Made by a program: the position numbers and the translations under genes | The notes under the pieces: generated by a model | The model's input: the letters and a program-made list of their open reading frames with translations, nothing else | Databases searched by the model: none | Told to the model about the DNA's origin: nothing | Shown: positions 31,410 to 43,101 of the stretch, piece after piece | How positions within the stretch are numbered: position 1 is the stretch's first letter | How the letters are laid out: every line of letters starts with the position of its first letter | Origin: an uncultured Verrucomicrobiae bacterium | Lineage (GTDB): Bacteria; Verrucomicrobiota; Verrucomicrobiia; Palsa-1439 | Reading direction: 5' to 3' | Assembly (NCBI GenBank): GCA_963812605.1 | Contig: CAWEWF010000002.1 | Span: forward strand, 96,001-160,000 | Length of the DNA stretch: 64,000 nucleotides

Positions 31410-33740
31410 TCACCGGCTCGGCAACAGTTCCTTCGGGAAGTTTACCGGACGATACTTCGGATCGCTGATGGTGCCGCCGACTTTATACTCCAGAAGAACC
31501 TTGAGAACGCTGGAAAGAATGTTTATCCCCGGCCAGGCGCGCAGGAATTGCGCCTGTACGCGGAAATCCAATTTGCCGTCAAAGCCAAGCTGGCCACGGC
31601 TCGTGGCGGTGAAAGCGCCGGCGGCAATCTGCATGTCTTCCGTGTTTACAGCCTCGTTCGTGATGGTGAACGAAGCCTGTGCGCGCGTCGCCTTGGTCTT
31701 GCCAAGAATCTCCGAGAAGATGCCAAACACGGGCGCCTGCCAAAGGACGCCATCGGTCACGTCGAGTTGCCCTTTCCCAACCAACGTACTCAAATCAGTT
31801 CCATGTCCACTGATTGTCGCCTGGCCCGTCAGCAATCCGGTGACGGTGCTCTCGTGTCCCTTCGCCGCCCCCAGCAGGGTGTTAACATCCGCGCGCTCGA
31901 CGTTGAAATCAAAATTATACAAAGGATCGGCATCCGAGAAGACGAACTCGGCATGGCCCCGCAGTTTGCCACTGTAGAAATCCGCATCGAAATCATTGAT
32001 TTGCATCGTGTTGTTTGTGAATACGAGGGTGGCCTGCGCCCGGTCGGCGATGAACTTCCAGTATGAGAAACCCTCGTTCACAACGTGCGCGGCCCAAACG
32101 GTGGCCCCGGGGTTGTCGAAATCGATCAGGCCACGCGCGTTCGCATCGGTGCGCGGGCCGAAGCGATAAGGCGCCATCGTCCTCGCGGCCTTCTCCCCAA
32201 GCAACCCGGCGATTTCCGACGGATTCGCGTGGGCCGCCAGGTCGAAGTTGACGCGATGACGATTGAAGTCGGCAAACAGCGTGCCGTGAACATCGCCCTC
32301 CCGCCGCTCCAGCCGCAAATCCTGCACATCGAGCCGGCTCTCACGGAGACGCAACCGGGCGGACGCGCTTTCGAGTCCAACGCCGCGATAGCTGCAACGG
32401 TGGGTATCAATCTGTGCGTCATACGCAAACGCATCGGGATCGACAAAATCGCCGCTGACCTTCGCGATAATGTGCGGCGGAGTCTCAAACCATGCCGGCT
32501 CGACGATCTGTCGCACGCTGCTGATCATGAGTGGCAGGAGCTTCGTCGGATCAAGCGTGCTGTCGAGCTCATACGCGAAGTCGCTGCTTTCGATCTGGTA
32601 TTCGCCATGGCCGTCCAGACGACCCTCCGGCGTCACGACTTCCACGTTGTTGAACTTGAACTGCGGACCCCGGTCTTCGAAAGCAAACTTGATCGAGCGA
32701 AATTCGACGCCCCGAAAGGTCAACCCTCCCGTCTCCACCGTGCCGGTCAATTCCGGCAGGCTCCCCGTTTCGGGACTCAGACGGTAGCGCGCCTCGATCT
32801 TCGGGTTCACCTCGACCCGCAGATCGCGCAGCATCGGCCCGGCCTCCTTCATGAACAGCGGGGCAATGGCTGTAGGATCGGTGGTGCTGGTCAACGCCAT
32901 GTCGAACTGTCCCATGGCGAGATCGTAACGGCCATGAATGTCGACCTCGCCGCCATAGAGCGAGGCTTCACAACGACGGACTTCGATCGCTCCGTCGCTC
33001 ATCTCAATATCCACGCCCGCTGAGACAAGCTGGAGACTGCGATACTGAAGCTGGCTGCCCCGCAGCTTCGCCAGGACATGTCCCGCGAGCGGTTGCGCCA
33101 GATCGAGGTCAAAATCCAGATCGAGCTGCGGCGGGAGGGTGACCTGGATCTGGTTCAACTCGCGCACCCCTTTGGTCAGGAAAAGAAAGGGCCTGCCACT
33201 GGGAACAGCCGCCGCGGCGGGAGTTGCTGTTGTTGAGGCTGAACGCGGTTTGATGCGTCCCGAGACGTTGAGGCGAATGCCGCAATAAACGCCAGTGAGC
33301 CGATCCACCCGAATCGAGCCGTCATCTTCAAATTTGAAAGTAGCGTAGGCATCGGACGCCGTAAACTTGGCCGGGCCGTTTTCGTCCGGCGGCGTAGGAA
33401 TCGCGATGACGGCGTTGGCAATGTGGATGGCGCGGATGGAGGTCTGTTTGTTGAGGAGCCGCCTCAAACTGAACTGCAACTCCAACTCGTCGATCTGGGC
33501 CAGCGGCTGATCGGGCGTCTTCGCATCCGCAAACGTCGCATCCGTGGCCACGACCCCACGGAAGAGATCGAGCCGGATCGAGGTAAACTGGGCGGCGTAG
33601 CCCGCCCGTTGCAATTCACTTAGAAGAAGCTGCTTAAGAAAATCGGGGAAACCATAGAAGTGCAGATACCCAAGCGACAGTAGTAAAAGAAAAACCGCCA
33701 GCAGCAACAAGCGGACAAAAAGCCTGTACAGGAATTTCAC
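31410..33740 (-). CDS. AsmA-like (lipid-bridge family) protein
   Basis: N-terminal TM anchor, repeated beta-strands, AsmA-type C-terminus (LEYKVGGTISDPKY). Confidence 0.7.
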   Translation of the reverse strand: MKFLYRLFVRLLLLAVFLLLLSLGYLHFYGFPDFLKQLLLSELQRAGYAAQFTSIRLDLFRGVVATDATFADAKTPDQPLAQIDELELQFSLRRLLNKQTSIRAIHIANAVIAIPTPPDENGPAKFTASDAYATFKFEDDGSIRVDRLTGVYCGIRLNVSGRIKPRSASTTATPAAAAVPSGRPFLFLTKGVRELNQIQVTLPPQLDLDFDLDLAQPLAGHVLAKLRGSQLQYRSLQLVSAGVDIEMSDGAIEVRRCEASLYGGEVDIHGRYDLAMGQFDMALTSTTDPTAIAPLFMKEAGPMLRDLRVEVNPKIEARYRLSPETGSLPELTGTVETGGLTFRGVEFRSIKFAFEDRGPQFKFNNVEVVTPEGRLDGHGEYQIESSDFAYELDSTLDPTKLLPLMISSVRQIVEPAWFETPPHIIAKVSGDFVDPDAFAYDAQIDTHRCSYRGVGLESASARLRLRESRLDVQDLRLERREGDVHGTLFADFNRHRVNFDLAAHANPSEIAGLLGEKAARTMAPYRFGPRTDANARGLIDFDNPGATVWAAHVVNEGFSYWKFIADRAQATLVFTNNTMQINDFDADFYSGKLRGHAEFVFSDADPLYNFDFNVERADVNTLLGAAKGHESTVTGLLTGQATISGHGTDLSTLVGKGQLDVTDGVLWQAPVFGIFSEILGKTKATRAQASFTITNEAVNTEDMQIAAGAFTATSRGQLGFDGKLDFRVQAQFLRAWPGINILSSVLKVLLEYKVGGTISDPKYRPVNFPKELLPSR

Positions 33741-33908
33741 AAGGAGTGATTCTTAATCGCGCCGTCTCGGCCCGTCAACGTGATTCCCCCGCACGTCATG
33801 TCGCGCGCCATCAGTATCGGTCTAAACAGAAAACCACCTTTCCCACCCAATATGCCGTCAGAGCGGCCCCACAATGGCGGCACAGCCACCAAAAAACCAT
33901 GGCACTTG

Positions 33909-35795
33909 TCACTGCTTGCCTGGCGCATTTGTCGGCACGGACACGGTGGCTGGCAGGGTGATGACCTGGCTCAGGGGCGGCGCGGTGGTTGACGGTGGAG
34001 TGTTCGTCGCGGACAATACCGCCGGCGGATTGGACTGCGTGACAACGTCCCGCACCAATGTATTTGCGCGGCTCGTCCAGATCGTGAAAACGAGCGGCGG
34101 ATCGCTCCAGAAAGCGTACTGCCTTTCGGCATCTTGCGACTTGCCAAGCAGGAGAGTGTATGTCTTGTCGCCCACTGTCGCGGTAATTGTCGCCTCGGGT
34201 TGGTCGAGCCCATATTCGGCCAGGTTGTCACGTCCTTCGCGCACAAACTCCTCGGCGGGCAGCCCCGCGAATTCATCAAGCAGGCGCTGGAGCGCATCAC
34301 TGTCGATCACCCCTTGGACCGGCTCCAACAGTTTCCATTTCTTGTCGGCGTCCCGTTGGATGGTAACCTTCCCCGACTTCTTCTCGATCGTCAATTTCGC
34401 GATCTGGTCCGGTTTCAAATCGGCCAGCGTCCGCGCGCGCAGCGTAAGCCAGTTCGCCGGCAGCCAACCAGCGATGTTGGTCTCCACCCCATAGACGAAG
34501 GGCTCATCAACCCGCTTCACGAAGCGGACACTATTCGACACATCCAGCGCGCCGACCAGTAATTGCGCCAGCAAGTTTGTTCCCTCACCGCGCAAACTCA
34601 CGGTCGCCATTGGCGCCGCCAACCCGTATTTATCCAGATCGGTCGCCACATCCGCGGTGAACTGCCGGGCGTTCAAGCCACCCAGGCGCCTCAACAGTTG
34701 CTGCACCGCGGTATCGTCCGCGACGGCGGACACCGGCGCGGCGATCCGCCAGGTAGCATCGGTGTGCATGAGGGAAATCTTGTCGGTGCCATGCAGCACT
34801 TCGATCCCGTGCACATCACTCTCCGCTAACGCAAGCACCTGCGCGTCGCGCAAATCGTCGGCTTGAACCGCAAACTTCTGCACAGGGGTGGAAGGCACGG
34901 CATAGATCGAATCCGTGCTCTTGAGTTTTGCATACACCTTGCCCGGGTCGTTGGTCGAGGCGCGGCCAATCTGCAGCGTCTTGCCCGATTCACCCGTCCA
35001 GACGGTGATTTCGCGCTCCGGCTCATCCAACTGGTACGTCGGAATATCCCTCGGACTTTCGCTGACGAAGTCCGCTACGCGCAGGCCGCTCAAATCGGCA
35101 AGTAGTTCGCTGACTTTGCGCGGGTCAGCACGCGCCAGAAGGGGACGGGTCAACGCCCAGCGCGGTTCCGCGTTCGTGGTGATGGCCGATTTTGCCAACT
35201 CGATCACTCGGTCGCCGTTCTTGATCTCGATGCGCGTGGCTGATGCGGGCTGGAAATCGATCACGGTCCGATCCCGCAGGTCGTCCAGTGTGCGGTCGAC
35301 GCGCTCATAAATCGACTTCGGCGCCACGAGTACGTTCTGCCTCCCCTGCAACTGGGCATAGACTGCGTCCTTGGTCGGCGTCTCATTGCCGATGAGCAGG
35401 ACCATGCTGCCCTTTTTGTTCTGTAGCGTCAGTCGAACGCGCGGATTCTGCAACCCAAAGTCTTTCAGGGTCAAGCCCGCGAGTTCGCTTTTAGTAATCA
35501 CCCGGTTACGCTCGGCGAATTCCAGTTCGTCAAGAATCGAGCTGACAGTGCTGTAATTGGCGCGAACGTCGAGCGGTTGTTTGATTTGCCATTGGTCGCC
35601 CGATCTTTCGAGCGTGTAAACCTGGTTCGTTAACTCGATCTTCAGGCCAGTGATGTCCTTGGATTGGAAATCGAGGACGCGCTTGTTCCTGGCCGCTAAA
35701 TCCTGGGTGGAAGTGCCCCGGTAGTAATCCAGCGCCACCAAGCCGCCAATCACGAGGGCCATCAGAACCAAAACCAATGTCGTGCGCGGTCTCAT
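33909..35795 (-). CDS. DUF4340-domain protein (three repeats)
   Basis: N-terminal TM; three W-x-I..P...A(D/N)...(Y/F)GLxxP repeats; follows a GldG-like gene. Confidence 0.8.
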   Translation of the reverse strand: MRPRTTLVLVLMALVIGGLVALDYYRGTSTQDLAARNKRVLDFQSKDITGLKIELTNQVYTLERSGDQWQIKQPLDVRANYSTVSSILDELEFAERNRVITKSELAGLTLKDFGLQNPRVRLTLQNKKGSMVLLIGNETPTKDAVYAQLQGRQNVLVAPKSIYERVDRTLDDLRDRTVIDFQPASATRIEIKNGDRVIELAKSAITTNAEPRWALTRPLLARADPRKVSELLADLSGLRVADFVSESPRDIPTYQLDEPEREITVWTGESGKTLQIGRASTNDPGKVYAKLKSTDSIYAVPSTPVQKFAVQADDLRDAQVLALAESDVHGIEVLHGTDKISLMHTDATWRIAAPVSAVADDTAVQQLLRRLGGLNARQFTADVATDLDKYGLAAPMATVSLRGEGTNLLAQLLVGALDVSNSVRFVKRVDEPFVYGVETNIAGWLPANWLTLRARTLADLKPDQIAKLTIEKKSGKVTIQRDADKKWKLLEPVQGVIDSDALQRLLDEFAGLPAEEFVREGRDNLAEYGLDQPEATITATVGDKTYTLLLGKSQDAERQYAFWSDPPLVFTIWTSRANTLVRDVVTQSNPPAVLSATNTPPSTTAPPLSQVITLPATVSVPTNAPGKQ

Positions 35796-37315
35796 TTGCG
35801 GCGGCTCACCCACACCACGATGCCGATGATCGCCACGAGCAGCGGCAGGCCGCCAATCACCAGTGCATAGACCGCCCGCTGTTGGTTCGGCGACATATCG
35901 AGACGGAATTCATCGGGCACCTTCGGGCTGACGGCCATCAATTGCTCGCGTTGGAGCAGCCAGTTGAGTGAGTTCATGAAGAAATCGAGATTACCGCCGC
36001 CAAGGGTGCTGTTGTCCACAAACCGGGAAGTGCCAATGACCACCATGCGCGTCACTCCGATGTCCACGTCCACTCCATGCGGTTTGCTGGTCTCGACCGC
36101 GACCGCCAGCGGGAGCGGCCCGGAAATGTCCGTTGCCGGGTTGAAGGTTGCATGCTCGGTATCCGGATCGGTCTCGCCCCAATAGGCGGGAGCGGCTTTT
36201 ACCAGCTCGGTGACCCGCGGCTGGTCCGGCATCCCCCCTTCGGTTTGCGGTACTTGCCGAATCGATCTTGTGTAAGGAAACTCCGTGTTCGTGTCGCTCA
36301 ACTTTACGGTAATTGGATGCGCCGCGTAATCGGCGGCCACGGCGTTAACATCCAGCATCTGCGTGCCAAGCAATACTCCCGCCTGGCGCATCGCCAGGTC
36401 GTCGTCCACCTGGACGCCCCACTTCTTGAGAAACGCCTCCAGGCCGGTGGTGGTGTGGGGGTCGAGCATGATCAGCAGCCGGCCTTTGTCTTTCAGGTAT
36501 TGCTCCAGCGCGTTCAATTCAGTAGGCGCGAACGCCTGATGCGGACCGGCGATGACCATCGCGCCTGCATCCGTCGGCAACGCCTGCTTTTCAAGCAGGT
36601 TCCATTTCTCCACCACGATGTTGTCGCGTTTGATGTAGCGCGCGAGTTCCGAATAGCCCTCGCGTTGGTCGAAATCTTCGGGATCCCGTTCGCCGTGGCC
36701 CGTGAGAAAATAGACTTTGGGTGATTCTTCCTCCGTCACGGTCTGGATCGCGGAAAGAAAGAGCCCTTCTCCCTTGAATGCCTTGACGCGGCCTTCGCTC
36801 ATCTCCGGGTTTCCTGTATCGAGATCGACCATTTCATCGAGCCGCACGTATTTGTGGTGCCCGCGGCTGGCAAAAATGACAACGTCGGGAGAATCGAGAG
36901 TGTACTCCTTCACGAGCTGCTGTGCGCGCGCCAGATCGCGTTGTGGATCGACGTACTCCACGTGCAGCTTTTCTTTGCCGTAAAACTGAAACTCCTTCAG
37001 CAGGTTGCGCGTATCATCCAGAATCTTCTCGACGTAATCGCGGTGATCGTTGGGCGGCAGGAAGACAATCACCTCGACCGGGTCCTTCAAACCCGTAAGC
37101 ACCTGCTTGGTTTTTTCGGCGAGCTTGTAGTACCCCGCTTTCGTCCAATCAAAGCGCACATAATGCCGCGACGCCAGCCAGTTGACCATGACCACGAGGG
37201 CCAGCAGCGCCACGATCTGCACCAGGACATTGGCGCCAATCACCATCCGCCGTTGGCCCAGCGTCGGGGGCTTGCCATTTTGTGAGGTCTCGCTCGCCAC
37301 CGCCGTTACCTCCAC
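35792..37315 (-). CDS. GldG-family ABC-type uncharacterised transport component
   Basis: RFDWT..YKL, YVDP, VYFLTGHGE, IAGP, GPLPLAVAVE, NLDFFMNSLNWL, C-terminal TM. Confidence 0.85.
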   Translation of the reverse strand: MEVTAVASETSQNGKPPTLGQRRMVIGANVLVQIVALLALVVMVNWLASRHYVRFDWTKAGYYKLAEKTKQVLTGLKDPVEVIVFLPPNDHRDYVEKILDDTRNLLKEFQFYGKEKLHVEYVDPQRDLARAQQLVKEYTLDSPDVVIFASRGHHKYVRLDEMVDLDTGNPEMSEGRVKAFKGEGLFLSAIQTVTEEESPKVYFLTGHGERDPEDFDQREGYSELARYIKRDNIVVEKWNLLEKQALPTDAGAMVIAGPHQAFAPTELNALEQYLKDKGRLLIMLDPHTTTGLEAFLKKWGVQVDDDLAMRQAGVLLGTQMLDVNAVAADYAAHPITVKLSDTNTEFPYTRSIRQVPQTEGGMPDQPRVTELVKAAPAYWGETDPDTEHATFNPATDISGPLPLAVAVETSKPHGVDVDIGVTRMVVIGTSRFVDNSTLGGGNLDFFMNSLNWLLQREQLMAVSPKVPDEFRLDMSPNQQRAVYALVIGGLPLLVAIIGIVVWVSRRK

Positions 37316-38048
37316 TTCCTGGATTCGACGAGCCGCGTCGTTATGAATAACGCCAGCACCGTGCCGCTCGCGTAAAGAACCAGCGGCCGCAAGTCGACCA
37401 CGCCCCGCTGGAAGTCATTCATCTGTTCGAAGGCCGACAGGAATTCGAAAACTTTCCCGGCGGTCGTACCGCGTGTGAAATAGTACCCGAACCAAATCGC
37501 GATCAGGTATAGGAACAGCAGGGCGAACGCGATCAGGAAGGCCGTCACCTGGTTTCGCGTCATGGCGGACGTCATCAATCCGACCGCGATCAGGAACTGT
37601 CCGATCACCACGATCCCCAGGTAGCCGCTGAAGATCGGGCCGAGATCCAAGGCGGTTTGTCCGACCGAGAAATGCCGCAGGATCACCACGTACAATCCCG
37701 TCGCCGCCCACATCAGCGTGTACAGCGCCACCGCGCCCAACCACTTCGCGAGAACGACTTCGAAATCCGTGACCGGGGCCGTCATCAACATCTCAAGCGT
37801 GCCGGCGCGCTTCTCCTCCGCCAGCAACCGCATGGTGATCGCCGGCACGAGGAACAGTGAAGGCAGCCAAAACCAGCTAAAAAAACCTTCCATCACCGTC
37901 ATCTGCGTTGACCCGCGCGAAAGCAACTCGCCCACGATCGAAATAAAGCTGATTCCCATCACCAGCAGGAAAAACAGGATCACGATGTATCCCAGGACGG
38001 ACGCGAAATACGCGTTCAATTCACGTCGCAACAAGGCCGGCACATTCC

Positions 38049-38052
<4 letters not shown>
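37306..38052 (-). CDS. ABC transporter permease (GldF-like)
   Basis: RRELNAYFAS, PAITMRLLAEEKRAGTLEMLMTAP, six TM segments. Confidence 0.9.
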
Positions 38053-39038
<986 letters not shown>

Positions 39039-39219
39039 AGCCCAGCCAGAAAGCCTTACCGAAAACTTGCCAATCCCTCCTTTACCTCTTCAATCAGGAA
39101 AGCGCCGTAAGTTCTAGCATATTGACATAGACGTTGGCAAGCTGCGGAATGTTCAACAGGCAAAAGAAAGGACAGGCGTTAAAGCCTGTCCTCCAGGGTC
39201 AAAGTAATGTCGAAGCTGT

Positions 39220-40869
39220 TTACTTCCTGGCCTCTTCCATGAGGGGCCAGACCGCATGCGGCAATTGCCAAATCTTCACCGACCCATCCGCGCTGCTGCT
39301 GGCAAGATTGTGACCGTCCGAGCTGACGGCGACGCCCGTCACCGGCGCGGTATGTCCGCGGAACGTGCGAAATTCCTTCCCCGTATCGAGGTCCCACAAT
39401 TTAATCGTTCCGTCTTCACTCGCGCTGACCGCGAAGCGTCCGTCGGGCGTGAACGCCACGCTCCGCACCGACTGGCTGTGTCCGTCGAACTGTTGGACTT
39501 CGCGGCCACTGGCGAGGTTCCACAGTTTCACCGCCTTGTCCCGGCTGCCGCTCAAACCGAATCGGCCATCGGGACTAAAAGCCACACAGGTCACATTTGC
39601 CAGGCCGTTGCGGAAAGAACGCACCTCCTGGCCCTTCGCCACATCCCACAGTTTCAGGGAATCATCCTCGCTCCCGCTCAACGAAAAATTTCCATCCGGA
39701 CTGAACGCCACGCTGGTCACCCGCCAGCCGTGTCCGGTGAACGAGCGCACCCGTTCCACTTTCGGCAACGCCCAAAGCTTCACTTGATTGTCGTCGGCTG
39801 CGCTCGCGATGAACTTCCCGTCGGGACTGAACGCCACGCTGGTCACCTTCCAGCCCATGCTCTCGGTCGCCCGCAGTTGGCGGCCCGACGCCACTTCCCA
39901 GAGCCGTAACGTGCTGTCATTGCTGCCACTCAACGCCAGACTGCCGCCCGGACTGAAGGCCACGCTCGTGACCGCTTCGCGATGCCCGGTGAACGTGCGC
40001 AGTTCTTTGCCGCTGGCTGCGTCCCACAGTTTCACCGTCTGGTCCTCGCCACCGCTGAGAAGAAATTTGCCGTCCGGGCTGTAGGCGACGGCGGTGACAG
40101 CGCCCTTGTGTCCCGTAAAGGTGCGCAACTCGCCGCCGTATTCGACCAAAATCTTCTGGAGAAGTTCCTTGGTTTGCGGCTGGTTTGGATTCATCTTTTC
40201 CGCCCGTGCTGCCAGTCGCGCGGCGGCATCGTAGTTCTTTTGTTGCACCGCTTGCCCCGCCAGCGCGAGCAACGCGGCGGACTCGGCCCGGTCAATTTCG
40301 GTTGAAAGCACCCGCGACCGCGCCGCCTGAGCGATGCCGCGCGCCTGGTCAAATTTTCCCGCGTGCAATGACTCCAGCGTGGCCAACGTCAACGCGCGCA
40401 GGACCGCCGGCTGCACGACGAGCAGGTCGAGTGCGTGTTGACCTCCCGAGTTCTCACGGCCAAGTTGCAGCTTCCTGTCGCGCGTGTCGCTCGCGGACGC
40501 CACCCAGAGATGCTGCCCGTCACAGGCGACGATGAAGTGCTGGGCGCGGAGTCGATTGATGACCGCTTTTCCGGAATGATCGGTGGCGGAGACCTCCATC
40601 CCGTCCACGGGTTTGAGCGCCTGGAAGAAATCGCGATACCGCGTTTCCGGAATTCCGGCCTGAAGATCTTCACTGGAAGCCAGCGGGACAATGGCCCTGG
40701 CGGCGGCCAGTTCATCGATGACTTTCACGGGAACACCGGCGACCGACGCGTCGGACGCTTGGAGGCTGATTTCAACCGACCGCGTGGGTTCTTCGACGGT
40801 TTGCTGCACGCAACCGAACGCACAGAGAACAATCCACGCACAAACGAGTTTCAGGGAATGCTGGCTCAC
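39220..40869 (-). CDS. WD40-repeat (7-blade) lipoprotein
   Basis: Lipobox AFGC; seven GH..V..VAFSPDG..SGS.D..KLWD repeats. Confidence 0.88.
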   Translation of the reverse strand: MSQHSLKLVCAWIVLCAFGCVQQTVEEPTRSVEISLQASDASVAGVPVKVIDELAAARAIVPLASSEDLQAGIPETRYRDFFQALKPVDGMEVSATDHSGKAVINRLRAQHFIVACDGQHLWVASASDTRDRKLQLGRENSGGQHALDLLVVQPAVLRALTLATLESLHAGKFDQARGIAQAARSRVLSTEIDRAESAALLALAGQAVQQKNYDAAARLAARAEKMNPNQPQTKELLQKILVEYGGELRTFTGHKGAVTAVAYSPDGKFLLSGGEDQTVKLWDAASGKELRTFTGHREAVTSVAFSPGGSLALSGSNDSTLRLWEVASGRQLRATESMGWKVTSVAFSPDGKFIASAADDNQVKLWALPKVERVRSFTGHGWRVTSVAFSPDGNFSLSGSEDDSLKLWDVAKGQEVRSFRNGLANVTCVAFSPDGRFGLSGSRDKAVKLWNLASGREVQQFDGHSQSVRSVAFTPDGRFAVSASEDGTIKLWDLDTGKEFRTFRGHTAPVTGVAVSSDGHNLASSSADGSVKIWQLPHAVWPLMEEARK

Positions 40870-40928
40870 TCCATATTGATTAGCAGCGAATATGCCAGCC
40901 CGACCCGCAAATGCAGGATTATGTTGGC

Positions 40929-41570
40929 TTATCTGTCCACGCCGCCGGGATTCTCGGTCGCCGCTTCCCAGAATTGAAGAAATTCGCGGGCTTGTGCAGA
41001 ATTGTGCAGGCTGGCGAACTTCGCGACCTGCCGACCCACCGCCTTTAATCGCCTCTCAACCGCCTCGTCCTTGCAGTTGCCTTCGTCGTCAAAGACCCCA
41101 TTCACATTCGCGAGGGCCGCCTGCTCGGGCACCACCCACGCATGCAACGCGCGTCCGACACTCCGCAGCGCGCTGAGGGCGCCGAACGCGCCCATGTTGC
41201 CGCCCGAGACACCGACGAGCCCGATCATCTTGCCCTCGAACTCGTCAAAGCCCATCAAGTCGAGGGCGTTCTTCAGCACGCCACTATAGCCGCCATGGTA
41301 CTCGGGCGTGGCGAGCAGGATGCCCTGGGCACGCTTCACGTCCTCGCACAAGCGCACCACATCCTTTGGCAGATTGTCGCCGCTGTCGCCGCCGTCACAA
41401 AAGACGAGTTGGTAATCGCGCAGATCGATCAGGTGCGTCTCCGCTCCCGCTTCCTCCGCGCCGCGCAACGCCACTTTTAGCGCCAGCCGCGTGTAACTCT
41501 TCTGGCGCAAACTGCCGCAAATGCCTACGACACGAACTTTACTACCACCAAGTTTGTGCTGTTCACTCAC
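40929..41570 (-). CDS. NADPH-dependent FMN reductase
   Basis: GICGSLRQKSYT, ATPEYHGGYSGVLKNALD, VSGG. Confidence 0.92.
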   Translation of the reverse strand: MSEQHKLGGSKVRVVGICGSLRQKSYTRLALKVALRGAEEAGAETHLIDLRDYQLVFCDGGDSGDNLPKDVVRLCEDVKRAQGILLATPEYHGGYSGVLKNALDLMGFDEFEGKMIGLVGVSGGNMGAFGALSALRSVGRALHAWVVPEQAALANVNGVFDDEGNCKDEAVERRLKAVGRQVAKFASLHNSAQAREFLQFWEAATENPGGVDR

Positions 41571-41732
41571 AATTGGAGGATAATGTATGGAAATGGTGAA
41601 GTGATAGCAATAAGGCGGCGGCGATAGCCGTAATTCAGTGCAATTGACGAACGCCCGACAGTCAGGATAGTCTCCTTTTTTACTAGTTGTTTTGCCCCGT
41701 CGCTGGCACCAGCGGTATAATCAGGAGAAATC

Positions 41733-42896
41733 TATGACAAATTGCTCGGTTGGATTGAAGCGACGAGTTGCGCTGCTGTTTATGGCATTGTTCCTCTTAA
41801 CCTACATTCAGCAGGCTTTTGCTACGATGTGGTCACACTTAACTCCGAAGAAATTATCAGAGGTCGAATTGTCGATACCACTGAGACAAATTTCGATTGT
41901 GGTGGGAAACTATAACAAACCATGTTGTCACGAAGGTCATTGCAAAATCGGATATTAAAACGATGGAGAGAGAAACCGCTGAACAAAAAAAGGAACAGGC
42001 TGATTATGCGGCGCTCTCATCATATAAACTTGATCCCAATCAGGAACTCACAGAGTCGCAATACACTTCGGGGATAGCGGCGTTCAATAAATTTCGAACG
42101 GACTATCCACAAACGCACTTTGCGGATGACATAAAAAAGCGAATTGTCACCTGGAGCGAGGAACTGGCGAACCTGCAAAGCGGCAAGGTGAAGTTTGCTA
42201 ACCAGTGGATGACTCCAGATGAAAAGAAACCGCAAGCCGAGCAATGGCAGAAGAAGAACGCTGTGCAATCCACACAGCATTCCATTCAATCGCTAAAAAA
42301 CCAACTTGCGAGTCTTCAAAACCAGCGCAAAGTAGCCGCTGACAACCAGACGATCGAAGGGCAACTTGCGACGCGAAGGCTACGCTTGCGAAACTTAGAA
42401 TACCTATCAGCCCGTCTATCAGACGAACGACGGAGGCGGCTCTTGAGGTCAAAATGCCAACGGTACAAAATACTGGATTCCCAATGCAACTACTCAAACT
42501 CAAATGCGAGATAGCAAGGGTCAGCCAGTTTTTCAAACCATTCCGAATCCAGAAAGACCTGCCGCATCGTCCCGTGTCGCTTCTCTTGAAAGCCAAATCG
42601 GTCCGGGCACGGCTGAGTGAGCCGAACTCGATACTAGGATTCGGGACACCCAAGTTCAGATCACGAAAGTAGAACAGGATTACAACCAAGCCCTCGCTCG
42701 CGCCAACGCACCGCCTCCACCCATCAAACCTGTTGTGGAAGCCAAAGCAGAGCCGCCGCCACCACCAGCGCCGCCCCCTCCACCTCCGCCACCACCGCCA
42801 GAACAACCGTGGTATGTAATGTACTGGAAATGGATTGCTGGTGGCGTCGGCTTGATTGTCGTGTTGTTTGTCGTCAGTAGAAGCCGTAGTTATTGA
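41733..42896 (+). pseudogene. Multiply frameshifted membrane-anchored protein (signal peptide, coiled coil, Pro-rich linker, C-terminal TM)
   Basis: Fragments: MTNCSVGLKRRVALLFMALF..QAFA; ORF 41897-42514; terminal frame PPPPPPPEQPWYVMYWKWIAGGVGLIVVLFVVSRSRSY*. Visibly lower GC. Confidence 0.55.
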
Positions 42897-43101
42897 GAGT
42901 ATTAGCAACGGCAGTTTGCGACAACCCGGGCTTATAGAGAGGCAAACCTATCCATTTGACATCCGGCAGACACGAACTTTGTCTGCCTTCCTTCGTTACC
43001 GCGATTTCAGTGGGTCATTTGCTGACTGTCAGTCCCACGAAAAATCCGGTTCGCATTTTCATCCCGCCGCAGTATATTCCACAATCATTCGGTGAGGCAA
43101 G

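Noticed and set aside
39220-40130. ~126-bp periodic repeats as a CRISPR array
   Set aside because: They are WD40 coding repeats; no cas genes and no constant repeat with unique spacers.
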